In this document: in pieces, positions 18,090 through 28,113 of the stretch
Layout: each line of letters begins with the position of its first letter
Position numbering within the stretch: the stretch's first letter is position 1
Source of the DNA: Candidatus Latescibacterota bacterium
GTDB taxonomy: Bacteria > Latescibacterota > UBA2968 > UBA8231
NCBI GenBank assembly: GCA_965206595.1
Contig: OZ242214.1
Span: 896,001-960,000, forward strand
DNA length: 64,000 nt
Direction: 5' to 3'
Made by a program: the position numbers and the translations under genes
Notes under the pieces: model-generated
Told to the model about the DNA's origin: nothing
Seen by the model: only the letters and a program-made list of their open reading frames with translations
Database searches by the model: none

Positions 18090-19457
18090 ATGGCCATCAA
18101 GGCAAGGAGAATCCCGATGCTGCTTTCGCCATTGCACAAACGTGTTTCGTCGCTGGCCCTGTGTCTTGCGCTCTCGGGGTGTGCCGGCAGCTCCCCCATG
18201 ACAACTGCGAACCGGTCGGAGGTCGGCGCCTGGGAGATCGGAACTCCCATCGTCGCCTACTACCACGGACCCGGCGGCGGGGGGGGCAGGTGGGGTCCAT
18301 TGACCGACGGGATGGCGAGAAAGCTCGTCGACGGGGGGTTCAACCTGGTATGGGGGAGTTCAGTCGAAGATCTCGACGTCGCCCATGCGCACGGATTGCG
18401 GGTAGACCTCATCGCCTGGGGCCTGAGAGAGCCCGGCAGCCTCGACGACCCTGCAGGCAAGGCGAGGATCGACTCGGTCATCGACAGGGTCAAGGACCAT
18501 CCCGCCCTGTATTCCTACGCCATCACCGACGAGCCCAGCGCCGTCAGGTTTCCGGAATTTGCACGGCTCGTCGAATACATCCGCGAGCGCGACCCCGCCC
18601 ACCTGGCGCACATCAACCTGTTTCCCACCTACGCCAGCGCCGTCGCCCTAGGCACCTCCGGCGGCACCGTCGAGGCCTACCGGGAGCACCTGCGGCAGTA
18701 CGTCGATATCGTCAGGCCCGACCTGATCAGCTACGACCATTACAACTTCTACACGAACCACGACGGCAATCAGTATTTCATGAACCTCGCCCTCGTGCGC
18801 GAGGCGGCACTGTACGGGGGCATTCCCTTCATCAACGTTATACAGGCCGTTTCCCTGGGCGATTCCCACCGCATACCCGACGGCGACGAGAGCAGGTACC
18901 TGGCCTATACCACGCTTGCCTATGGCGGCCAGGGCATTTCTCATTTCGTGTACTGGCCCTACGGGGATTTCCATGGAGGCATTTCCGGATTCGAAGACAC
19001 GGAGTGGAACGCGGAGCGTGCCGAAGCCGACGCCGCGGCGCCGCTGACCCCGTTGGGAGAGGCCGTGCGGCGAATTCACCCCGAGTTCATCGCCGTCGCC
19101 GAGGAGCTGCAGCCGTTGACTTCGCTCGCCGTGTATCATTCCGGGCAAGCCCCCGCCGGGGGGATGGTGGAGGCGCTGCCGGCCGATGCTGCTTTTTCCG
19201 TAGATCCCCCTTTTGATCCGGAGCGGGACATGGGAGTGCTCTGGGGCTTCTTCGGGTCCGACGGCGAGACCACGCACGTCCTCGTGGTGAACCTGGACCA
19301 CGGCAAGGAGACCGCGGCCACGGTCGTCGGCCCGGGAGACATGGAGGAGTTCGACGCCCAGGCACGCAGGTGGCGCCCGGCCTCTGACGGGTCGCGCTCG
19401 CAGCTGGATCTGGTGGCCGGCGGCGGCAAGCTCCTGCGTCTGCAGGATGGCCCCTGA
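18090..19457 (+). CDS. Putative lipoprotein with glycoside-hydrolase-like TIM barrel
   Basis: Lipobox-like LALSGC; HPALYSYAITDEP, INLFP, SYDHY, YTTLAYGGQGISHF. Confidence 0.7.
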   Translation: MAIKARRIPMLLSPLHKRVSSLALCLALSGCAGSSPMTTANRSEVGAWEIGTPIVAYYHGPGGGGGRWGPLTDGMARKLVDGGFNLVWGSSVEDLDVAHAHGLRVDLIAWGLREPGSLDDPAGKARIDSVIDRVKDHPALYSYAITDEPSAVRFPEFARLVEYIRERDPAHLAHINLFPTYASAVALGTSGGTVEAYREHLRQYVDIVRPDLISYDHYNFYTNHDGNQYFMNLALVREAALYGGIPFINVIQAVSLGDSHRIPDGDESRYLAYTTLAYGGQGISHFVYWPYGDFHGGISGFEDTEWNAERAEADAAAPLTPLGEAVRRIHPEFIAVAEELQPLTSLAVYHSGQAPAGGMVEALPADAAFSVDPPFDPERDMGVLWGFFGSDGETTHVLVVNLDHGKETAATVVGPGDMEEFDAQARRWRPASDGSRSQLDLVAGGGKLLRLQDGP

Positions 19458-19701
19458 GCCTGGAGCAACCGGCGGGCGGCCATGGTCAGCAGCCGGCGCG
19501 CTCTGCTGCAAGTCTGGCACGAACCGGCCGGGGCTGGTGGCGGGTCTGATTCCCTGAGCCTCGTCTCCGCTGTGCCGGCCTCCCGTTGAACGCAGATGTT
19601 CAAGCTCGTGGTCGATGGGTTCGAGGGTTTCTTCAACGGCCGCGAAACGCTCTGCTGCCCCGGTCTCTGATATGGAAATGACTCACGGAGGTTCCAGGCA
19701 C

Positions 19702-20220
19702 ATGCTGAAGATTCTCAAAGTCAAAGTCGAGGAACTCACCCGGGAATCCTTCGCGCCTTTCGGGAAAGCGATCGCCGCCTTCGACGAGGCCAGGCCGGAA
19801 GTGCGGGTGGGCGCCCTCGTGGAGAACGCCTACGAAGTCACCGGAAACATCCCCGATCCGGTGCCTGAGAAGCTGGCGCTGAACGAAGGCCGCCTGCGAG
19901 CCCACTTCGCCTGCCACGACGACGCCGGCCAGTCCTTCTATCCGAGCCGGCACTGTCCGTCAGTGTTCTGGGTGGCGCCGGTGCAGCCGATGATCGAACC
20001 GGAAGATCTGCGGGCCTTCTACTCGGATGGAAGTCTGGGCGTGTGCATGAACCTGGGAGTCTGGCATACCATGCCGGTCTGCCTGAAAGGGGACGAGGTC
20101 TTCCTGACCGCCCGCGGCGACCAGGACTACCACGCCCACTCGATCGACGTGCACTTCGACGAAGACAGGGGGCTGGCCCTCGAGCCGGATATGGAAAATT
20201 TCCCCGGCTGGAAGGGCTGA
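19702..20220 (+). CDS. Ureidoglycolate lyase (AllA)-like cupin protein, paralogue 1
   Basis: LTRESFAPFG, H..AGQSFYP, LRAF...GV....GVWH motifs typical of the AllA-like fold; GGAGG upstream. Confidence 0.7.
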   Translation: MLKILKVKVEELTRESFAPFGKAIAAFDEARPEVRVGALVENAYEVTGNIPDPVPEKLALNEGRLRAHFACHDDAGQSFYPSRHCPSVFWVAPVQPMIEPEDLRAFYSDGSLGVCMNLGVWHTMPVCLKGDEVFLTARGDQDYHAHSIDVHFDEDRGLALEPDMENFPGWKG

Positions 20221-20234
20221 GCGGAAAGGACGGC

Positions 20235-20420
20235 ATGGAGAAGCTTCGCCTGGGGCTGGGATGCGGCGGCATCGGCGCCGCGCCTGTACGAATTGAGGGA
20301 GTGGACGGAGAGTCCTTGTTCGAGTCCGCCGTGGCGGGCAGAGCCGTGAAAATGAGCGAGGTGGAGAGCGGTCGAATCTGCGAGTACCAGGATCAAATCG
20401 CAGCGCCGGGGATCGGGTAA
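20235..20420 (+). pseudogene. Internally deleted Gfo/Idh/MocA oxidoreductase relic (61 aa)
   Basis: AAGGA RBS; begins MEKLRLGLGCGGIG (Rossmann start) and ends LFESAVAGRAVKMSEVESGRICEYQDQI (resembles a Gfo C-terminal tail). Confidence 0.55.
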
Positions 20421-20422
20421 TC

Positions 20423-21232
20423 GTGAAGCTCAAGCTGGCCTGCTCTGATTTCACCTATCCGGACCTGCCCCACGACCAGGCTCTCCAGTTGATCTCCATG
20501 CTGGGAATCAAGGGGGTGGACATCGGGCTGTTCGAGGACCGGTCCCACCTGAGACCATCGTCTGAATTCAAGAGCGTGCGCCGCTCGGCGCGCAAATTGA
20601 AGAAGAGACTGGACGACCGGGGTCTGGTTGCCGCCGACATATTCCTGCAACTGGCATTGGACTACGAATCGCATGCGGTCAACCACCCGCAGCCGCGACG
20701 TCGGCACCAGGCACGCGACGCCTTCCTCAAGGCGCTGGACTACACCGCCGAATGCCAGGGCAGGCATCTGACGGCTCTGCCCGGTGCGCACTTCGCGAAA
20801 GAGAGCCGGGGGGACTCGCTGGCCCGGGCGGCTGACGAACTGGCCTGGAGGGTGGAGCGGGCGAAGGAGTGCGGAATCACGTTCGCCATAGAGCCCCACA
20901 TCGGGTCTTTTGCGGATACGCCCAAACGCGCCGAAAGACTGGTGCACGACGTGCCGGGCCTGACCCTGACCCTGGACTACGCCCACATGTATCCGCGGGG
21001 CTATCCGGAGGCACAAATCGAGCGACTGATTCCATACTCCAGCCATTTTCACGCCCGGGGAGTCAACCGCCGCGGCACTTGTGGCCTGGAGGAGAACACG
21101 CTGGACTGGAAGCGCCTTTTCCGGGTAATGGACAAAGCCGGTTACCGAGGATGGATCGAGCTGGAGTACGGCGGCAACAACGTTACGGACACGGTCGCGT
21201 TTCGCGACTACTTCCGGACACTGTTGGGATGA
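20423..21232 (+). CDS. Sugar phosphate isomerase/epimerase (xylose isomerase-like TIM barrel)
   Basis: FAIEPH, LDYAH, HFHAR, GYRGWIELEY metal-binding motifs. Confidence 0.85.
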   Translation: MKLKLACSDFTYPDLPHDQALQLISMLGIKGVDIGLFEDRSHLRPSSEFKSVRRSARKLKKRLDDRGLVAADIFLQLALDYESHAVNHPQPRRRHQARDAFLKALDYTAECQGRHLTALPGAHFAKESRGDSLARAADELAWRVERAKECGITFAIEPHIGSFADTPKRAERLVHDVPGLTLTLDYAHMYPRGYPEAQIERLIPYSSHFHARGVNRRGTCGLEENTLDWKRLFRVMDKAGYRGWIELEYGGNNVTDTVAFRDYFRTLLG

Positions 21233-21292
21233 GTGCGCACGCGCCGGCTCGATGCCCCCCCAGGTGAACCGTCACCGAGAGGAGGAGAATTC

Positions 21293-21841
21293 ATGTGGAA
21301 ATCGGTCAAGATAAAAGTCGAACTCCTCAGGCCGGAGTACTTCGCCCCGTACGGGCATCTCATCACCAGCCTGGAGGAACGCAGGCCCGACATTGTAAAG
21401 GGCAACTACAGTTCGTACGAGAAGCACGCCTATGCGGAAATTTCTGCCGGAGAGCCGAAAGACGGACCGGAGTGGTATGCGGAGGGCAAGAACCGAATTC
21501 CCCTGTCAGAAGGCTTGAAGCGGGGCCATTTCGCCTACCACACCGATGCGGGACAATCCTTCTTCCCCGAGAACGGCAAACCGACGGTGTACATCGTCGG
21601 CGGCGTCGGGGAGCCGCTCAGGCCGGAGGAAATGCGCGCCTTTTACGGTGAGGGCAAGGTGGGGGTCTGCCTGCATCTGGGCGTCTGGCACACGATGCCG
21701 ATGTCCGTGGACGGCGAGGAGCTGTACACGACCATACGCGGGGATCAGGACTACCACGAACACTCGGTCGAGGTCGAGTTCGATCTGCAGCAGGGCCTGG
21801 TGATCGAGCCGGATCTGGACAACTTCGATCCGAACGCGTGA
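21293..21841 (+). CDS. Ureidoglycolate lyase (AllA)-like cupin protein, paralogue 2
   Basis: Strong GGAGGAG RBS; FAPYG, HTDAGQSFFP, GVWHTMP, RGDQDYH shared with the 19702 protein. Confidence 0.7.
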   Translation: MWKSVKIKVELLRPEYFAPYGHLITSLEERRPDIVKGNYSSYEKHAYAEISAGEPKDGPEWYAEGKNRIPLSEGLKRGHFAYHTDAGQSFFPENGKPTVYIVGGVGEPLRPEEMRAFYGEGKVGVCLHLGVWHTMPMSVDGEELYTTIRGDQDYHEHSVEVEFDLQQGLVIEPDLDNFDPNA

Positions 21842-21906
21842 CCGGGCCTCCCTGATGACGAATGAGGTGAGGACTTCGTGATTTTTTCGGCTTCGAATCA
21901 CTCTGG

Positions 21907-24450
21907 GTGAAAGGTCTGCAGCGGATCCGATCGCTCGCTGCACAGCTGGCCGGCCTCGTCCTGCTGGCCGCCGCGGCCGCGGTTGCCGACAGCCCCGGCG
22001 CGGCCGTCGACACGACCGGCGAGCACATGGCCCGTTGGCTCCAGCACCCGCAGCGGGTCGCTCGGGTTATACGGGCTGAGGTCCCCCCGGTCATCGACGG
22101 CGTCCTCGACGACGAAGCCTGGCTCGGCGCGCCCGTGCACGCCGGCTTCATCCAGCGCGACCCGGACGAGGGAAAGCCGGCCACCGAGCGCACGGAATTC
22201 AAGGTTGTCTACGACGACGAGGCGCTCTACATCGCCGGCATGTGCTACGACAGCCAGCCCGACCGCATCACCGCCCGCCTGGCCCGTCGCGACGAGTGGC
22301 GCGAAAGGGACATCTTCGAGGTGAGCCTGGACCCCCATCACGATCACCAGACGGGTGCGTTCTTTTTCGTCGGCCCTTCGGGCTGGGTGGGCGACGGGAT
22401 CTCTTACAACGACGGCGGCGGGGATTGGACCTGGGATGGGGTGTGGGAAGCGCGCACGAAGATTCGCGACGACGGCTGGTCCGTGGAGATGAAGATTCCC
22501 TACCACGACCTGCGGTTCGCCGAGAAGGAGTCCTACACGTGGGGGTTCAACGTGGTCCGCAGGATCTCGCGCCGGCAGGAAAGGGTCTACTGGACCCTCG
22601 TCCCGCGCGGCGTCAACGGCTGGATTTCCCGCTTCGGCCATCTCGAGGGGATCGAGCGGATCCGACCGCCGCGCCGTCTGGAACTCTTTCCCTTCGCCCT
22701 CGGCCGCAGCACCTTGTCGCCCGGCATCGACGGCGAACGAGACCGGCGCGACCTGCACTCGGCCCTCGGCGTCGACATGCGCTACGGCCTGACGTCCAAC
22801 ATCTCCGTGAACGCCACCGTGACCCCCGACTTCGGTCAGGTAGAGGCCGACCCGGCCGTTCTCAACCTGAGCGTCTTCGAGACCTTCCTTCAGGAGCGCC
22901 GGCCCTTCTTCCTGGAGGGGATCTCGATCTTCCAGACGCCCGGGCCGAACATCGCCGGCATCGAGGGACCGACCCGGCTGTTCCACTCCCGGCGCATCGG
23001 AAGGCAGCCGTCGCGCTTCGGCCTGCCTGCGGGTGCCGAGGAGATCGACAGGCCGGGCAGCACGACGATTCTCGGGGCCGTGAAGGTTTCGGGCAAAACG
23101 ACGGGCCGCACGGCCTTCGGAGTCCTGAACGCGGTCACCGCCAGGGAGCAGGCGCTCATCGAGGAGCGCCTCGCCGACGCCCGGACGGGTCTTGCGGACA
23201 CGGTACGCAGTCGCTACGAAGTCGAGCCTCTCACGAACTACTTCGCCGGCCGCGTGCAGCAGGACGTGCTGACCAACTCGACCCTCGGTGCCCAGCTCAC
23301 GGCGATGAACGGCGAGGGCTTCGATCCCGCATACGTCGGCGCCGGCGACGTCCACATGAAGTGGTGGGACAACGCCTACCGCGTCTACAGCCGCCTGGCG
23401 GTAAGCCGTGCCGGGCAGGCCGACGAGCGCGACACCGGCTGGGAGGGGACCCTCCACCTGTCCAAGCCCTACGGCTCCTTCGGCGGGCAGGCCTACGTCG
23501 ACGCTCGTTCGCCCCGCTTCGACGCCAACGACCTCGGTTACATGAACCGCAACGACCGCCTGCAGGCCGGCGCCAGGCTGTTCTACAACATCCTCGACCC
23601 GAACCGGTTTGCGCGCCGGTCCGTGTTCAGACTCGACGTCTGGCACCACTGGAACTTCGACGGCGACGAGCTGTCGCGCGGCATCGACTACTACATGCGG
23701 TACCACCTGCACAGCTACTGGGGGTTCTCGACCTATCTCGGCCGCGAGTTCGACGCCGACGCCGACGTGAACACCCGCGGCGGACCGGTCATGGTTCGTC
23801 CCGGCCGAGTCTCGGCGAGTCTCCGCGTGTGGAGCGACGACCGCAAGCCGGTGAGCGGCTGGTTGGGCACCAACGTGGTCTACGGCCAAGGCGGAGACAA
23901 CGTCAGAAAATGGATCGGCGTCCTCGTCGAGGCCCGGCCTGTGTCTGTCGTCGAAATCCAGGTCAATCCCAACTACCATAACCAGAAGAACCATGCCCAG
24001 TGGATCCGGAACGTCGACGACGACGGGGACGGCGAGGACGACCGCTTCGTGTTCGCTGAGCTCGAGAGCCGGGTCTTCGAGATCGTCGTGCGCGGCACCT
24101 ACGCCTTCACGCCGAGGTTGAGCCTGCAGCTGTACCTCAGCCCCTTCGCGACGACCGGCGACTACGGTGCCGTCAAGGAGCTCGCCAGGCCCCGTTCCTA
24201 CGAGTTCCTGCCCTACGGCGTGGAGGACAACCGCGATTTCAGGCGGAGGGCCCTGCGCTTCAACCTGGTCATGCGCTGGGAGTACAGGCCTGGCAGTACC
24301 CTGTTCTTCGTGTGGCAGCAGAACCGGGACCGCGACTTCGACGACGCTCGCGATCCCGACTTCAAGCCGCTGAGCTCCGTCGTTCGCTCCTTCACCGACG
24401 GCGGCGACAACATCGCACTGGTGAAGTTCAATCGCCGGTTCGGGCTGTAG
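21907..24450 (+). CDS. DUF5916-type outer-membrane protein with N-terminal CBM9/DOMON-like domain
   Basis: Signal peptide; PVIDGVLDDEAW, DGWSVEMKIPY, PDFGQVEADPAVLNL, ERRPFFLEG, LFHSRRIG, RWEYRPGSTLF. Confidence 0.85.
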   Translation: MKGLQRIRSLAAQLAGLVLLAAAAAVADSPGAAVDTTGEHMARWLQHPQRVARVIRAEVPPVIDGVLDDEAWLGAPVHAGFIQRDPDEGKPATERTEFKVVYDDEALYIAGMCYDSQPDRITARLARRDEWRERDIFEVSLDPHHDHQTGAFFFVGPSGWVGDGISYNDGGGDWTWDGVWEARTKIRDDGWSVEMKIPYHDLRFAEKESYTWGFNVVRRISRRQERVYWTLVPRGVNGWISRFGHLEGIERIRPPRRLELFPFALGRSTLSPGIDGERDRRDLHSALGVDMRYGLTSNISVNATVTPDFGQVEADPAVLNLSVFETFLQERRPFFLEGISIFQTPGPNIAGIEGPTRLFHSRRIGRQPSRFGLPAGAEEIDRPGSTTILGAVKVSGKTTGRTAFGVLNAVTAREQALIEERLADARTGLADTVRSRYEVEPLTNYFAGRVQQDVLTNSTLGAQLTAMNGEGFDPAYVGAGDVHMKWWDNAYRVYSRLAVSRAGQADERDTGWEGTLHLSKPYGSFGGQAYVDARSPRFDANDLGYMNRNDRLQAGARLFYNILDPNRFARRSVFRLDVWHHWNFDGDELSRGIDYYMRYHLHSYWGFSTYLGREFDADADVNTRGGPVMVRPGRVSASLRVWSDDRKPVSGWLGTNVVYGQGGDNVRKWIGVLVEARPVSVVEIQVNPNYHNQKNHAQWIRNVDDDGDGEDDRFVFAELESRVFEIVVRGTYAFTPRLSLQLYLSPFATTGDYGAVKELARPRSYEFLPYGVEDNRDFRRRALRFNLVMRWEYRPGSTLFFVWQQNRDRDFDDARDPDFKPLSSVVRSFTDGGDNIALVKFNRRFGL

Positions 24451-24841
24451 GAGATCGGGGTGAGGAGCCGGTCATCGAGAGGGCTGCAAGTGACATCGCA
24501 ACAGAAGTGCGACCGTCGAGGTAGACTGATCCCGTTCGTCGTGATCGTTACGGCCTTGCTGTTCCCCGCCTGCTCGAACAGACAAAGGACAAGGAAAGTT
24601 CAAGCGACGGCGGGGCGTCGCCTGCGTCCATCAACGGCTGCGATCCGGCTTCGGCCGTCGACCACCTCGGCAAGAGCGCATCCGTGGTGCGCTTCGGTGG
24701 TATGGCTGGATTCAACTACGATCCGCAATGCATTCGGGTCAGTGCGGGGGCGAGGGTTACCTTCGGCGGCGACTTCCGGTTCCATCCGCTGGCGCCGGGG
24801 CAGGTGGCCAAGCTGATGGAAAGACTGGAGGCGGGCCGAAA

Positions 24842-26134
24842 TTGAAAGTCGTCGATGTCCAACGCACCACCGTCGTGGTGCCGTTTACGCCCCGCCAGCA
24901 GCAGATAACGGCGCGCGAGGTCTACAACTGGAATATCCTCGAACTGTGCAGGGTCTCGACCGACACCGGGCACGTCGGGTGGGGGGAGACGGTCGTCCAT
25001 TACACCTGGGGCCGGGTAACGGACGGGGCCGTGGAGAAGGTCCTGGGGCAGAGCCCGGCCCGTCTGATGCATGACGACTCTCTCGGCTGTGGTCTCCAGA
25101 TGGCCCTCTTCGACGTGGTCGGCAGGATTCTCGAGGTGCCCGTCCACCAGCTGCTGGGCACCAAGGTCAGGGACTGGGTGCCGGTCTCCTGGTGGTCGAT
25201 CGATGCCTCCCCGTCCCAATGGGCGGAAGAGGCGCAGGAGGCCGTCGCCAACGGCTACACCAGCTTCAAGGTCAAGCCGCGACCCTGGTGGGACATCCTG
25301 GAGCAGGTGGAGGCCATCCACCAGGTCGTGCCCAGCCACTTCAGGCTGGACCTGGACCCGAACGGGACCTTCCAGACGGCCGCCGCGGCCATCCCCGTTC
25401 TCGAGAAACTCGAGCGCTACGACATCGTCGCCATGTTCGAGGAGCCCATCCCCCGGGACGACATTGCGGGCAACCGGCGGATTCGGCAGGCCATCAATCG
25501 TCCCCTCGCCATGCACTTCGGCTCACCTCCATACGTCACCGTCCTGCGCGAGGAGGTCTGTGACGGGTATGTACTGTGCGCCGGCGAGTCCGCGGTCATG
25601 CGGCAGGGCATGCTCAGCGCCGAAGCGAGAATGCCCCTCTGGCTGCAGCTGGTCGGCAACGGTCTGACCACCGTCTGGGCGGCCCATCTCGGGGCGGTTC
25701 TGACCCACGCCACCTGGCCGGCGATCACCTGTGTCAATCTGTTCACGCATCAGCTGCTCAAGGAGAAGATCGAGGTCGTTGGCGGGTACCGCGAAGTGCC
25801 CGCGGGTCCGGGGCTCGGAGTCGAAGTCGATGAAGACGCGGTGGAGGAATACCGCGTGCCCGAGGCCGAACTCGAACCCTTTCGAAAGAAGGGTCAACCA
25901 TACGACCATCCGGAGCCGCGGATCATCAACACCATCCTCTACCCGGATGGCAGCTGCGTCCACATGGCTCACGCGAACCAGGGCTATTCCTACTTCATGA
26001 AATCCGGAAACGGACCGGCACAGGTCGAAGGCGTGCGGCTCGAGCTCCGGCCCGACGACGGCTCGAAGGAGTGGTCGAGTCTCTTCGGGCGCGCCTGCGT
26101 CCGGCCGGTCCGCGACCGCTACCGAAGCCGGTGA
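24842..26134 (+). CDS. Mandelate racemase/muconate lactonizing (enolase superfamily) enzyme
   Basis: TTG start after GGAGG; GWGE, MALFD..G.....PVHQLLG, FKVK, LDPN, FEEP, PGLGVEVDE. Confidence 0.9.
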   Translation: MKVVDVQRTTVVVPFTPRQQQITAREVYNWNILELCRVSTDTGHVGWGETVVHYTWGRVTDGAVEKVLGQSPARLMHDDSLGCGLQMALFDVVGRILEVPVHQLLGTKVRDWVPVSWWSIDASPSQWAEEAQEAVANGYTSFKVKPRPWWDILEQVEAIHQVVPSHFRLDLDPNGTFQTAAAAIPVLEKLERYDIVAMFEEPIPRDDIAGNRRIRQAINRPLAMHFGSPPYVTVLREEVCDGYVLCAGESAVMRQGMLSAEARMPLWLQLVGNGLTTVWAAHLGAVLTHATWPAITCVNLFTHQLLKEKIEVVGGYREVPAGPGLGVEVDEDAVEEYRVPEAELEPFRKKGQPYDHPEPRIINTILYPDGSCVHMAHANQGYSYFMKSGNGPAQVEGVRLELRPDDGSKEWSSLFGRACVRPVRDRYRSR

Positions 26135-26144
26135 GGAGTCGCAC

Positions 26145-27923
26145 ATGCCGCTGAATCTGAATCACGCCGATCTGACCATAGACACCCCCTGCACGCCTCC
26201 GGCCTGGGCGCTGATGGAGCGCGAGCTGATTCGCGCCCAGACCCGTGCCTGCGAGGTTTTCTTCGCCAAGTACTTCGACGAGCGGGGATACCTGAAATGC
26301 ATCCCCCGCTGGGGTGGAAACGACGGCCCCGACGACGCCATCGAGAACCTCGTCCACTGGCCCACCCTCTACCTTCTCGGGGGCTCCGATTCACTCATGG
26401 AGATGTGCAAGCTGGCCTGGGAAGGGCACCTCCGTCAGTACACGGAGGCAAAGACCACCGAGGTGCCGTTCGCCCGGGACGGCATGTACTACAAGGAATT
26501 CCCGGTCATGTTCGACTGGGTTCACAACGCCGAGGGCCTGACGACGTTCAACCACCACGGCCTCTTCGATCCGTACGAGCGCAGCTTGCAGGACCGGGTC
26601 CGCCGTTTTGCCGGCTTCTACATGAACGAAGACCCGCAGGCTCCCAACTACGACCCGGAGCACAAGATCATCCGCAGTCTCTTCAACGGCAGTCGCGGGC
26701 CCCTGCTGCGCAAGGCGACGGCCATCGACTGGGCAGGCGATCCGCTCGAGGAGGTGGAGGGGCGGTTCGTCGCCCTGCACGGAGAGCGCAGTTTCGAGGA
26801 GATGCTAGAACATTTCGCGGACTACACCGACATCATCGGCGACCACCCGCAGAACATGGTGGCCACGGCGCTGGCGTTCAACGCCTACGCCCTGACCGGG
26901 GAGGCCAGGTACAGGGACTGGGTGCTCGAATACGTCGACGCCTGGTGCGACCGCACCAGGGAGAACGGCGGCGTCATCCCGTCCAACATCGGTCTCGACG
27001 GCACTATCGGCGGGGCCTGCGACGGCAAGTGGTACGGCGGCTGCTACGGCTGGGCTTTCACCGTGACCGTTCCTCCGTCCTACGAGCCGAGCCATCGAAA
27101 CTCGGTCTTCCGGAGCATCACCGGGTTCGGCAACGCCCTGTTGCTGACCGGGGACCAGCGCTACGTCGACGTCTGGCGGGGGATGCTCGACGAGATCAAG
27201 GCGAACAAGAAGGTCGTGGAGGGGCGGGAGATGTACCCGCACATGCACGGCGACGAAGGCTGGTACGCCTTCTCGCCGCAGCCGTATTCACACGGGGCGC
27301 TCGAGGTCTACTACTGGTCCATGGACCCGGCGGACCTGTCGCGGCTCTCGACCACCTCCGGTTGGACCGGCTTTCTCGAGGGCAGCAATGCGGATTTTCC
27401 GGTGACCGCCCTGGGCGAGGATTTCGAGACGCTGCGCCGCAGGATGGAGCATGTGCTCCAGGATCCCTCGACGCCGGACACCCGGCTCTCCGACAACACC
27501 AACCGGTACAATCCCGCCATCGTATCCAACCTCGTCCACCTGATGCTGGGCGGTCTTCCAACCGAACACAGCGGCCCGCTGCACTGCCGGGTGCGCTACT
27601 TCGACCCGGTCCGGCAGCGGGCCGGTCTGCCCGAGGATGTCGGCGCCCTGGTGGAGAAACTGGGGCCGGACTCGATGACGCTGCGGCTGGTCAATCTCAA
27701 CCAGAGCGAGGCGCGCGTTCTCGTCGTGCAGGGAGGAGCCTACGGAGAGCACCGTTTCGTTCGCGCCGCGGCCGGGGAGGACGAAGTGGAGCTCGATGGC
27801 TCCAGTTTCCGCGTGCGGTTGGCACCGGGAGCGGGGGCTTGCATGGAGATAGAAATGGAGCGCTACGCCAGGCAGCCAACTTTCGCCTTCCCGTGGGATT
27901 ACGGGACCGCGGCCCGCGAGTAG
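26145..27923 (+). CDS. Conserved hypothetical protein (possible alpha/alpha-toroid glycoside hydrolase/lyase-like)
   Basis: GAGGAG RBS; 592 aa coding-like frame; Trp/Tyr/Asp-rich motifs RWGGNDGPDDAIEN and DWVHNAEG. Confidence 0.7.
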   Translation: MPLNLNHADLTIDTPCTPPAWALMERELIRAQTRACEVFFAKYFDERGYLKCIPRWGGNDGPDDAIENLVHWPTLYLLGGSDSLMEMCKLAWEGHLRQYTEAKTTEVPFARDGMYYKEFPVMFDWVHNAEGLTTFNHHGLFDPYERSLQDRVRRFAGFYMNEDPQAPNYDPEHKIIRSLFNGSRGPLLRKATAIDWAGDPLEEVEGRFVALHGERSFEEMLEHFADYTDIIGDHPQNMVATALAFNAYALTGEARYRDWVLEYVDAWCDRTRENGGVIPSNIGLDGTIGGACDGKWYGGCYGWAFTVTVPPSYEPSHRNSVFRSITGFGNALLLTGDQRYVDVWRGMLDEIKANKKVVEGREMYPHMHGDEGWYAFSPQPYSHGALEVYYWSMDPADLSRLSTTSGWTGFLEGSNADFPVTALGEDFETLRRRMEHVLQDPSTPDTRLSDNTNRYNPAIVSNLVHLMLGGLPTEHSGPLHCRVRYFDPVRQRAGLPEDVGALVEKLGPDSMTLRLVNLNQSEARVLVVQGGAYGEHRFVRAAAGEDEVELDGSSFRVRLAPGAGACMEIEMERYARQPTFAFPWDYGTAARE

Positions 27924-28113
27924 GCACTGCGCGGGCTTGGTCCTTCGCGTACAAGTCCGAGTGCGCAACGACAGGGGTGGAGACGGGATTGAGGGAAAGA
28001 ATCGCAACGATGATGTTGTGGATCGAACGGCAATTTTTCTCTCGAATGCAGCGGCGGCCGAATTCACGCGGATTGCCCGCGCAGGTACAGGGTTCTCCGG
28101 GAAAGCATTGCCC

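Noticed and set aside
24460-24816. 118-aa ORF with a lipobox-like LFPAC
   Set aside because: The sequence after the Cys is low-complexity and Arg-rich with no motif. It may be a relic but cannot be supported.
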